64,000 nt of DNA from Lingula anatina (taxonomy: Eukaryota > Animalia > Brachiopoda). Of the stretch, positions 14,085 through 25,837 are shown in pieces (the first letter of the stretch is position 1; each line of letters opens with the position of its first letter). Under the pieces are notes generated by a model, which made no database searches, was not told the DNA's origin, and saw nothing but the letters and a program-made list of their open reading frames with translations. The stretch is taken from positions 12,772,001 through 12,836,000 of the forward strand of contig CM120640.1 of NCBI GenBank assembly GCA_051362555.1. Direction: 5' to 3'. Made by a program: the position numbers and the translations under genes.

Positions 14085-14629
14085 TACCCCGTTCACACTA
14101 CAGTTGCCAAAATGCGCATTTCTATAATTCGGATTTTTCGTAAGGAATCCGATTCGGTATTGCGTTCACACTCGCTAAGCGAATCCGAATCCCACGTTGA
14201 AAATTTCAGGTTAAACTTCCTGTTTTGAACACTCGCGCATGCGCCGCACAGGAAATCTTAAAATATCAACAAAAATTTGTGACGACAAATGCAACTCAAA
14301 AGACATTCCAGCATTCTTGAGAAGTATAAGGGGGCAAAATAAGTTTGTTTCCTCATGTTGTAGTGAGTGGTGACACGTTTGGTGCAATCGCTAAAGTAAT
14401 AAACCAGCGTTCATAGATACCAGCACTTATCTGCACACATGCGCAGTAAGATCTGTACAGGTGTCGATTCCGGTAAGTTATCCGGATCGCGCTTAGAAAT
14501 CCACCTCGCTTGCAGGATTTTGAAAATGCGCATTTTCAAAATCCTCTTGCGTTCACACTACTGCATTTATTCGAATTGTGACCTAATTTGCAACTTATCC
14601 GGATAACTGAGCGTAGTGTGAACGGGGTA
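14085..14629. mobile_element. 545-bp PIF/Harbinger-like non-autonomous DNA transposon
   Basis: Perfect 17-bp TIRs TACCCCGTTCACACTAC / GTAGTGTGAACGGGGTA with a 3-bp ATA duplication on both flanks. Internal GCGTTCACACT copies near 14162 and 14549. CpG-rich relative to the intron. Superfamily is inferred from the 3-bp TSD and TIR style. Confidence 0.85.
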
Positions 14630-17600
14630 ATAGTATCTAATAAAACCAGGAAGTCAGGTCAGCTATTCCCCAAGGGAGAAAGTATATAACCCAAACAACA
14701 GTATAATCAAAGAATGGAACCAAGGCATGTCAGTGTCAGTTTGAATGATCATCATTTTATCCTTGTGTTTATCGCTTGTGCAATGTTATAGCTCCTGAGA
14801 AGCTGTCTGTTCTCCTAATGTATCCTATGGATGAGGTGGGAGCCATCCATTGTGTTAGTTGTGACAATGAATGCAAGTGCAGGGATGCCATTTGCAGGAG
14901 GCCCTTCAGTTCTGGTATTTAAAAAAAGCATTAGAGATTGGCTTCATTTTCAAGATTTATAAGGCTGCTACTAAATGGAGAATCAAATGGACATATTTGA
15001 ATTTGGAAACCAAATTTGCCTAATGGTCCTTGGGCAACAATTGGAACATTCAATTTACATTGATTGCTGGAGAAAGATTAGATGTCATTCCAATTGCAGA
15101 AACTAAAAATAAGAATAGTTTGGCTTTTTTCCTGACAGAGTTAAACAAAAGAGGCATATCAATCTTCTGCAAAATACAAAAGATTTCAAAATGGAAGACT
15201 GTATTGAGGCTGCCATATATTGTAATTAATCATAGTTGCAACTTCAATGAAAGTGATATCAAGTTAATGTGATTATCCAGATAAATTCTGCCCTATTTCT
15301 GTGGCCATGACTGAAACAGATCCCATAGACGCTGAATACACATAGTATTTGAAATGCTGCCTTTTTTGCAGAAAAATGGCTTTGGAAAGTGTTTAGAATA
15401 AGCCCAATAGAATTGATCGACGGACATAGCAGTTTTGCTGTTTGGCACGCAGCAATAAATCATGGTACGAGCTGAATGAGTTTTCTATTAATATTTGATC
15501 TTTGAAACGGAAATTTGAAGTGCAGTTTTTTTTCTGAATTTGATTGGAATATAATAGTACTGCAGGATCTGGAACTCGAGCACAGAGAGTATAGCTTGCT
15601 TCACAGCTGGTATGGCCTCTGGTATTTCTGTGTTCCTATGTTCTGGGATGAAGTTTGTGGGGACAAACAGGTAATATGAACAATTGTTATTTTTATATGC
15701 TTATGTATGTGTGTGTGTACATATAAATGAAATATCTTCTTTACATAAATCAGTACATCAGAAATGTATTGATTGAGTAGAGATTTACTAAAACGTAGTG
15801 TGATGATGTGAAGTCCCTTTGTCCTTCATTGATGCATCATGTCTTATTGTAGGATGTGCCTTTGTATTGACTGGCAGTATACTAGAAAACCTGCAGTGCA
15901 TGAATTATTTAACCATGTCAGAGATGGTAAAATATGAACATGTTTTTTGAAGTCATACTATGTTGAAAGGTAAATTTCAAGCGTGTTATTCATAGTGTTC
16001 AGATACGCAGTGAACAAATGAACACAACATAGTATAACAAGTGTCAACATGAGGAGAATGGATTGCTACACAATGGAAGTATTCATATACAACTTGTGTA
16101 TTTTTTTCCTATCTATTCATAATGTACGTGGAAACCCAGGCACATACCACATAGTATGCAATGATTAAGATGACTCACTGTTGTTGATTATTACCTTGCA
16201 TGGCAGGTACCAGTGGGGATAAAGAAACTGGAGGGTCTGCCTTGTATTTATTTTAATGACCTATTGAAAAAAGAAAATTGGCTTACAGTTATGATACAGT
16301 AATGTTCTACTGATAGTCCATAATATGCTGTTAGCTAGGCTTTCTGCTTTTAAAATTCAGTTAGGATTGATTGCTAAAATACATATCTCAACTTGGGGGC
16401 TGCATTTGTAAAATAATCATAGAAGGGTCAATATCCTATATAGAAAGTTGATTTAGTGATGAATAGACAGTGGGATATTATAGAGATAGCTTCTCTTTGT
16501 CTTGTGCTTTATATGTTAAAGGCTGCTGTTGAATAATGTCTTTGTTTGTTTGGGTATATATATGTATATATATGAAGGGAATCTAATTTTTATTATTGCT
16601 GCTGAGACTGCTTTTCAGGTTAAGTTTATTGATAATTAAACAAGTGTCATTATAGCATAGAAAATTCCACAAGTACAGAATCAGTGATACACTATACAGT
16701 CATTGTTGCATTCATCATCAAGTCACATATGAAGTACATTCAATCGAAGGAAGAAGTACTTAATCATGGGATTCAATTTTTCTTATCAAAATATAAGCGA
16801 AGAGAAATGTTTTGGTGTGCGCATCTTTTAACGATTACCTATAATGGTAAATAATGTTGCTAGTTGATTTTCATTCTGAATTATTAATGGAAAATGATAA
16901 TAAGTGCTGAGAATACTGTTTCTTTGAGATCTTAAAAAAGGAATACATAGTGTAACAGTAAAAACAAAATGTCACAGTTCAGCTTTTTAAATAGAAAACA
17001 GTACTGAGACAATATAATGATAGAAAATGTCCATAATGTTTTATGAAAGCACAGTATAATTTGTGAGCATGTGGATGATGGTGATGATCTCATCATATGA
17101 GCAGCATGTGGTCCAACACCTGTATCAGTCTCATAAATAGCCCCATACTGCTTCTGATCATAGAACCACCATTTATCATCTGCTATGTTTTTCTTGGTTG
17201 CTTAAATTTAATCAAATGACAGTGCCTTATTGAAACTGATATATTTTCCATGATTAATCAACATTCATGTATAATTATGCTTTGTTAGCTGCTACTGTTA
17301 CTTCTGGATATTGGGGTTTATAAACCATAGAGACCATAATATTATTAAGTGTGTAATATTTTGGATGATTAAGAGTTGTCCATGCATAATTAAAAAATAC
17401 TTGTTCTGGTCCGACTGGTGTCTTTGGACGCTGGTTTTTCTGGCCTCTCGGGCATGTGTATTTTTGTTGAAAGTAATTTCCTTTGTGGCTTACCATCTCC
17501 CTGGGTAGTTTTAATTGAAATACTCCAAGTGTCACATTGGCATAAGCAGAGAATATTGATACCACAAGGCCAAGAGTTTTTCAGTATCTGAATAGATATG

Positions 17601-18970
17601 GAAAAAATATTGAGACAATAGAATCATATGAGAGTTATATTTTATACATGTGGGAAACTCAGTGCACTGATCAGGATTATAAAACAGGTTAACAACCACA
17701 GGACATAAGAATTTTACCAAATATTGTCTGTAGTGCTAATAGACAGATAATCTAGCATTGATCTACAGAATATCTGCTGGCTGACTGGAGCTGAAGAGCC
17801 ACTAATGAGAAGAAGCACCGAGCAGACATTCTTGGCATAACTTGGGTTAAAAAGTACAAAAGGAAATCTGGTCTTGATAGATGTTTATGAACATTTTTGA
17901 GGAAAGGAAGTGAACAAGGAAATGAGGCACCTTCACACTTTGTTTCATCTTTCTTTTAAAGTTGAAATTTAAGAAGAAATATCCATTTTGGCCTTTTTAA
18001 TGATTTAACTTTGTACATTTTCTTAGTATGTTTAGGAGGCAGTGGTAAGTGGACGTTTCTATATTGGTATTGCCTGAATATTACTAGCGTTTTGATATAT
18101 GCTTTAGTTTGAAAATCTTTCAATGATTTTACTTCAATTAAGTAAAACGTGCATCTTTAACGAGTGTCAGTTTTACGTTGCAAAATTTTAGAGCCTGGAG
18201 TATAATTTTATGACACCTGGGAACTGGGATAATTTAAAAGTAGATGAGGGCTAAAATGTCCCCAAGGTAAACAATATTAAGTCTATAGATTGTGTGCTGT
18301 TTTTTTATGGGGTACTTGAAGGTTGATAGATGGGAAAATATATTGTTGCAGTCATTTTAGAAGATAAATGCTATTTTTACCTAGGCATCCTCATGTGAAG
18401 CACCATATTTTTTGTATATGATGTTTTTTCTCAATTTTACGTACTCCACCTGGGCGGCAGCTTGATGCTCTGCAGGTGACATAAGGCATTTGATCTGCAA
18501 AGACATCTTCCTAAATGTATTACCTTGAAAGGGTTGAGAACTTAACCCAATTAGGCCTCCCTGTGACAGAAAGCGCAGTGATTAAAGTTTACAGTTACTT
18601 GAGTTCTTTGTTGAGGTTAAGTGACAGAGCGTAAACCCCTGTAAACCCTATGAAGAATTTCATGCTGTTCTTCACGCACGAAATACTGCACAGTCATATA
18701 TGTAAAATTGTGGCCTGCCTCAAGTGTGAAGGTTGGCCAGCTGTCTCTGGTTACCAGTTATTTTCTAGGAATTTCTGGAAAATGTTTCTCAGGCTGTTGG
18801 TGTGGAATACCACAAAAGAGGGTAAGAGCTTGTGACCTGTTAGATAAATGTGTAGAAAGAGGGGGAAGAGTTTCACCTAGCAGTAGCTATGTGAGGTATA
18901 TATGACCTTGTAGTCTTGGGGTGAATTTCAATGTAGAAAACACAAGGGAATTTGGCTAACGTGATATTCT

Positions 18971-18975
<5 letters not shown>

Positions 18976-19056
<81 letters not shown>
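18976..19056. repeat. (TA)n microsatellite, about 40 units
   Basis: Uninterrupted TA run seen directly. Confidence 0.98.
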
Positions 19057-19064
<8 letters not shown>

Positions 19065-20325
19065 TAGGCTAAAGGGATAAAAATACATTCTACAAGATTT
19101 AACTAGATTATTTTGATAGGTTGTCAGATTGGGATAGATCTAGGGTATGTGATAAGTCGAGTATTTTGATGTTGTCATGGTTGTTGTCATATTGTTGCAT
19201 CAAACTAATGCATTTTGTGAATGGTTCACTGCAGGTTTTGTGCCTTTGTTTTAGGCAAGCTTCATTACACATATTTTTTTTTGTTCTGTTACCTTGGATA
19301 TTAATGGCCTGACGCCAGTCTCTCAACTGTAGACTGGTCATGGTTTGTTGGCCACAGTAAAAATATGCATGTCATTATATCACTGTTGTTAACATTATAA
19401 AGAGAAACATGGGGAAACAGAATAGAAAGAAATGTGTAGCATTGACTGAAAGCGTGTTTGACAACATTTTTTCAGCATGTCAGGGACAATAATATTCCAT
19501 AGCAAAAATTGTCTTATCTCATGGTAAATTATAAGGTGTGAGATGCTTTTCTTGCTTTTATCTTGTATCACTATTGGTGCATTGGGGTCTGTATAATATG
19601 GGGGCGAGTCATATAACTATACCTTAGATTAAATTAAACAGAAAGATGAGTACTGGAATGTGTTCTTTTTTATGTTTAAAACACATTTTATCATGTAATG
19701 TAGGGATAAAAAAATATATAATGCTTAATGTATCAGAAAAGGCATACGCAGGATATATCAACGCAAAATTTTTTTACCAAGAAACTGGTGCAGTGGCAGC
19801 AACATATCCACTGCTGTTATAATGGACAAGTCTTGACTGAGAAAAAACAGAGGCTAGTGTTTAAAAACACAGCTGACATTGTTTTAAGGTTCATGCCACT
19901 GCTGTGCCATGCCTTGAGGGAGGTGTCAGGGTGAACTACGTTGAACAGTGGTTTTTCACATACATATCACATTTCTCAAAGTAGGAAAATATTAAAGTTG
20001 ATGCTTTGATATTTTTTATGGAAGATAATAGACATGGCCAAGATTTAGATTGTGCTGACTTACTTCAGTGGTGCAAATATATATTTAACTCTGCAGTAAT
20101 GGATGGGTTTTTGTTTATTTGGTAATAAATCTTGTAAAGGAAAGATCTTCTAACAAGTTGTAGTTTAATTATTTCAAGTACTGATTGTTGAAGTTGCTCA
20201 TTTCTGAGCGGTAAATTAAAAAAAAAAAAAAAAGAAGAAGATTTTTAGGGCTAGATAATAAGCTGCCAATTAAAGAATCCTAATTTATGATGAGTAATAA
20301 TTATTATTATTTTGTGACCTTTCAG

Positions 20326-22816
20326 GTTCATCACTGCCAACTTCTAAGACCAGCAATCTCCGTGAGTCTGGAACCACACGGTCCACATCCCCTGGTGTTA
20401 CTTCCAATATTCCAATCCCTGGGGGCAGAGGTCTGACTGGCAGTAGAACTCAGACTTCAGACAAGAACGCTAACCGCCTTCCCACGTCAACAAGTACCAG
20501 TTCAGCAAGTTCTGGCTCTTCATTAGGGAAAGGAACCAAGGGCGTGTCTCTTGGGGCTCAGAAGTCTGCAGTTTCAGGAAATAAGAACTCTATGTTGGAC
20601 AAGTTCAAGTTCTTTAATTCTAAAGACAAAAGTAAAAGTGGAGTAAACAAAAGTGTGTCTCGGAGTACAACAAGCTCCTCCAATAAAAGTGACTCTGACC
20701 GTTCCTCACATCGGAGTAGCACTGGTAGTGGGGGCGATGGATCATCTTCCATTGTTTCTGATGATCCCAAAGGTGTTCCAAAGCCTGCTGGAAAGGTAGT
20801 TAAAAAGACCATTGGTCGCAGTGGGGTCGGAGCTGTGCGGTCACCCAGTTCTTCTAAAGTGAGTGAGGACAGACGGACTACACCGCCAAATTCTGGCCGT
20901 GTGTCACCAGCTACAAGTTACAAATCTACAGCAAGTGCCAAAAGTGATAGGACTTCAGCCAGTGCACGCAGTGGACAAAGCAGTCCTGGCAGCTCAAGGA
21001 AATCAAAAATTGCAAGTTTGATTCCTAAAAATAGTACCCCTGGTAAAGTGGGGAAGACGTCCCCAGTGAGTAGTCAGACTAGTATCCCTACTGCATCTAC
21101 AGGCATCCCAAAACCTGGGAGTGTGGTAGGGAAAAGTACAAAAGGGGCCAGTAGGGAGGACCTGAAAGGTCCTAGCAGTATTAGTAATAGTAATAGCAGT
21201 GGTGCTGCTGCTGGGGGAAGCACAAAGACAGGACTGGCTGCTCCACACAGTAGACCTTTGCTGGGCACCTCTGCAAGTTTGAGGGCATCCCAGCGAGCAA
21301 AGGCCCTGGCTGGTGGCTCAAAGAGCAGTGGCAGTCAGCTTCCCCCACCTGGACACATGCAGGGAATGCAGACCTTCCAGCAGCACCAACAGCAGACTCC
21401 AGGCAAGAGCCTGCTAGACAAAACACATGCTGATCACAATGCAAATACTCAAACAACTTCTTCCAGCAAGGTACAGGCGAGGACTGTTCCAACATCAACA
21501 GTGCAATCTTCTGCTCAACAAAACAATAGCACTGCTGTCCCCTCTGCAGTGGGTGCTGGACACAAAAATGCCTCCTCGGCGGGGTCTGGTCACCACCATG
21601 CTGGCCAGGGGTCAACTGCAAATCACAGTATTAAAACAAGCAGCTCACAGACCAATAATGTAAGTGCCACAAGTAGTGTGAGCAAGTCTAGTGGAGGCAC
21701 ACAGACTGGAAGCAGTAGTCTGGCTCAGCCAAAGATGGTCAGTAGTGGAGGCACACAGACCAACTTATCTGCTCTGCAGAAAATTCACAGCCAGAAAAGT
21801 GGAATACCAAAGCAAAATATAGAGGACAGTGTAAAATCAAAGAGTAATATACCAGGGAGAAGCTCGGGCAGCAGCAGCCCTGCACTCAAACGCAAAGATC
21901 TCAATAATGTTCGGTCTTCTCCATCTTATAGTATGAGTAGTGGAGACTCCTCATCAGGACTAAAACGCAGTGACTCTTCCAGTCCGTCAACAAGTAAGAG
22001 CACGACATCTTCAAATGACAGTGTAATTTATAAGCCCTCCAGCTGTGACGATATGTCTGGTGTGGAAAGTGACAGCAGCCCAGGCAGGTCTCAACAGTCC
22101 AGTAACAGTAGAACAACTGCCTGTGTGTCAAACTCTGAATCTAAACAAAATGCTCAAAATGCTCAGCTCAGTGGGGTAGCCAACAGTGACAGTATAAACA
22201 GTAGTAGTAACACAAAAGTTGAGACCACATTCAGCAATGATGTTAAAACGGAGTCTTTGGGACCCAGCACTGAAAGCAGACAGCAAGGGGGCACCCCACC
22301 AAAACAGCCCTCCAAGGAAACCACAATAGGGGAAGATTTAGAAGGAGGTGCTGAGGACACAGTTGACATCAAACCCATGCAGCCTCTGTCACGATCATAC
22401 TTGAAGGGACTGTCTGGTAGTGGTCAGAAGGGACCCCAAGGTAGTGGACCCATTAATGGCCAGAGTGTACCCCACTATCTCAGCACCACATCAAGTAGAT
22501 ATGGGATTAACAAATCCTTGCTGGACCCAGTCAAGGTGTATGCTAACTCACAGAGAAGACTGGGCTCTAATTACGGAATGTCGTCAGATTATTCCGACTA
22601 CTCTGATGTTGAGTGTTATGCAGATATGACAGCAGGGTACATGTCAGATGGAGACATCTTGAAGAGTAATAGAATTGATGACTTCAGTGGTTATCTCAGT
22701 GAAGGTGGGGCTTCCATGTATGCACGGAGAATGCAGCAACGATTCCGTGAAGGGATGCAAGCTGTGCGGGAATGTATGCAGAAGAGTGCTGGGCTGATTG
22801 ACGACGATGATGATAG
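20326..22816 (+). CDS. NAV2: Neuron navigator giant internal exon B (2491 bp), Ser/Gly/Thr-rich disordered region with conserved NAV blocks
   Basis: Acceptor tttgtgacctttcag ends at 20325; donor AG|gtaagt at 22817. Contains the 758-aa ORF, extended 5' in the same frame. NAV-family motifs: KNSMLDKFKFFNSK, VETTF, and AGYMSDGDILK...SGYLSEGGASMYARR...EGMQAVRECMQK. Confidence 0.95.
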
Positions 22817-24727
22817 GTAAGTTTCTCTGGATTTTGTGCTGGTTGGCATGTATCTGTTTCTTTTTATTATTGTAAATAAAACTACTTGAATAATACATAT
22901 GCAATTGCTGTGATGATATGCTATGATTATTTGATGCGTTCTTCAGTCCTTTAGTTATGTTCTTTGAAATATTGGATTTGTGCATGTAAAATTGTTATGT
23001 TTATTGTTATGCTATTCAGTTTACTCAAAAAACAAAAATGTGTTGATTTGTTGAACTGTTTTTCTGTCTTTATAATGACAGTGAATGTACATTTAGTTTC
23101 AGACTAGAGCACATTCCAACACAATCCTGGCTGAGACATTTCATCCCACCTAGCGCAATACACTGATCCAGTCAGTCTTCTTGACTCTGTTGATAAACTG
23201 AGTGATATATCATTTCGACCGTGCATATTGATATTTAAAGAAAAATAATTATTTTCAGATGCTGTGGTCACCTTATTATGTTTCAGGCCATCCTTGTGAA
23301 GTGATTTATTGTCCAGGTATCAGGGTCTCAGACATATGAAGCAGCTCCCCCTTGCTTACATGGTGATACCTGCATCTTGTTAACCTTTTGTTAGGGTGGA
23401 AGCTGAAATGAAAGGCTTGTGTCTTAGGAATTAAATTTAGCCCCTGACTGCTGTACACGGCTATTCTTAGAGGTGAACATGTTGAGTTGTGCTGCAGGCT
23501 GCCTAGACAATGGTGTACAGGCATTTGGTGTTTTCTTTCCTTTGTTCTCATGTTAATGGGCACACAGGATCTTCTTGTTGTTAAAGATTTCAAAAGGATC
23601 TAAAAAAAGAAAAAAAAAAAACCACCCAAGGTGATGTGTTGAAATAAAAAAAAATTAGCATTATTGAATGTAATTATCTATTGATTTTTTTAGAAAAAGG
23701 TTAATGTTTTACTCATATGGCCATGTCACTGGAAAAAATGTAAAAAAGACATATTATTTGTTAAGTTCAGAATGTTTTTCCTGAAAAAGAATAAGGAAAC
23801 ATTAACATTTCAGCAAAGAAAATTTTTAAAAAAGCATATTATTATTCAAGAAATTCATCTAACAAGAATAGTGAGAATTATACTCTGCCAACAGTAGTCA
23901 ATAATTTGACTACTTTTTTTCATGACTTTCCACCAAGGAAATTCTGCATTGCTCGGTGCATTGCGTCCTGAAATGGCCTGTGTGTGTGTCAAGTTGACAG
24001 CAGTGTCACTGGGGTCTGGAGACATTTGATCCCAGCTTTAGAAGATCTGGGTGTCCCACTGGGACCAAATGGACTGGTAATGATAGGATTTAAGAAGATG
24101 AACATTCATGTGGAAAGGGAGATAGATCCTGGCGAGATTTAGGTGGTTGTTACTAAATATGAAGCGCCTTTAATAAAGGTTGAGAAAAAAAGGGATATGG
24201 CTGCTCCATTTTGTGACTTGTTCAATAGAATGGTGTATTATAAACTGTTAAAAGGTACTCCACATCAATGGGAATGAAGTTTTGTAGTTGTGATGGAATT
24301 TTAATTTGGTAGTTTTAAAGATGTGTTCTCGTGGCTTTGGCAAAGAGTTTTGTAGCCCTATCTTCAGGAAGCTCAATTTCAATCCACTTGTAATACCTCT
24401 ATTACCTTGCCACCATTGTGTTGTCAGCTTCTCTTGGGCATTTCTGAAAAATTGCTTCGTGTGAGGAGGCAGGAGAATCTGCATCTGCCTCCTCAAGTTA
24501 GGTATAAAGCATTTTTCTTATTTTTTAAAACGAGTGAAAGCACAGCTTAAGTTTCTCCACCACACCCACCCTTATTTACCTATAGAAAATAAACAGGTGC
24601 ACCTGAAGCCATTTACAGGGGCCATACTTTCAAATTTAGACTAATCAGAAAAAATCTTACTAAAGAAGCTTTTCAAGAGAATATTGGCCTTTTTTTTTCA
24701 AAAAGCCATGCCTTTCTTCTGCTTTAA

Positions 24728-25837
24728 CCCCATAGGATCCAGTTAATGCTGACCCATAAAGCTCTGCTGTGCCCGATTAATTCTGTGAGCTAGCCTTGAA
24801 AAGCCGGGTCACCTCAGTAAATTGGTCATAATTTATTTGTTTGCCTTTATTACCCATACAAAGTATACATTTTAAAAAGCCAATATTTCAGGCTAAATGA
24901 AAATAGAATTACATTTAAATTTTACATGCATTTTCAAAAGTTATAGCCGGTTAAAAACTACATTTTCATTTGGTAATGGGTAAAATAAAACAAAGTTGAT
25001 TTATCTTATGCACATCAATTGTTTATTTCCACATACATTTGCCTGAAAATTCACAGGGATGATGTCAATTATAGTAACTTTCAATCCAGGAAATTTCAGC
25101 AATTTATCTCTATCAATTTTCAAGTTATGATCGTTTTGCTATCAGGTATACCAGCTTTTCAGCTCACCTGAACATCGTGGCCAGAGCTGAATAGAAGTCA
25201 AATTTTTTCACCATCTATGACAAAAACATCTTTAAAACTTATATCATGAATAAAGGAATATCATCCCCACTGTCTATATCACTGTCACTCGAAAACACCT
25301 TATCGGTGTCGTAGTTTTCAATCATTTCAATAACAGTATTCATTCGCAGGCCCCTTCCGTAGTGAGAAGTCGCCATTTTGATTTTACTTTCACCAGCTAG
25401 GTCTAGAAAATCGCCGATTTCTCGCTCATATATATTTCTATCGTCCTTTATATCATAAATAAATGAATATCAACGCTACTTTCTATGTTACTGTCACACG
25501 AAAACTTCTCTTCAAAGTCCGGATTTTCAATCATTTCAATAACAGTATCCCTTCGCAGGTCCCTACCGTAGCGAGGAGCCGCCATCTTGATTTTACTTTC
25601 TCCAACTAAGTCTTGAAAATCGCCGTTTTCTCACTCATATATATTTCTATCGCCTTTAAAAATGGTGGCAATGAGAGACAAGAAACATACCCGGATGTTA
25701 AACTATATATCATTTCATGACTCACAATACAAAAGAGTACAGAAGACGATCTTTCCAAGATACGCACATATGCGGTTCTGGGCGTTTGGGGTAAGCGATA
25801 ATTGAACCGCACATATGCGGTGACGGGCTCTATGGGG
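24728..25837. mobile_element. 1110-bp piggyBac-like non-autonomous element
   Basis: TTAA at 24724-24727 and 25838-25841 flank the inverted termini CCCCATAG / CTATGGGG. Subterminal repeat CGCACATATGCGGT at 25763 and 25808. Internal 209-bp tandem duplication. CpG-rich, no transposase ORF. Confidence 0.8.
25239..25656. repeat. Diverged tandem duplication, two units of about 209 bp, inside the piggyBac-like element
   Basis: Units start ttatatcat at 25239 and 25448 and share ttttcaatcatttcaataacagtat, ttcgcagg, cgccatYttgattttacttt and ctcatatatatttctatcg. Confidence 0.9.

Noticed and set aside
20544-22820. 758-aa ORF as a stand-alone gene
   Set aside because: It starts at GTG, the frame continues upstream to a splice acceptor, and the stop lies inside a GTAAGT donor. 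It is an internal exon.
20558-22985. Antisense and off-frame ORFs overlapping exon B (the same applies to those over exon C)
   Set aside because: They are shadows of GC-richer coding sequence, with no recognisable protein features.
25239-25656. CRISPR-like or satellite array
   Set aside because: Only two diverged 209-bp units inside a transposon, with no repeat-spacer structure, in a eukaryotic context.
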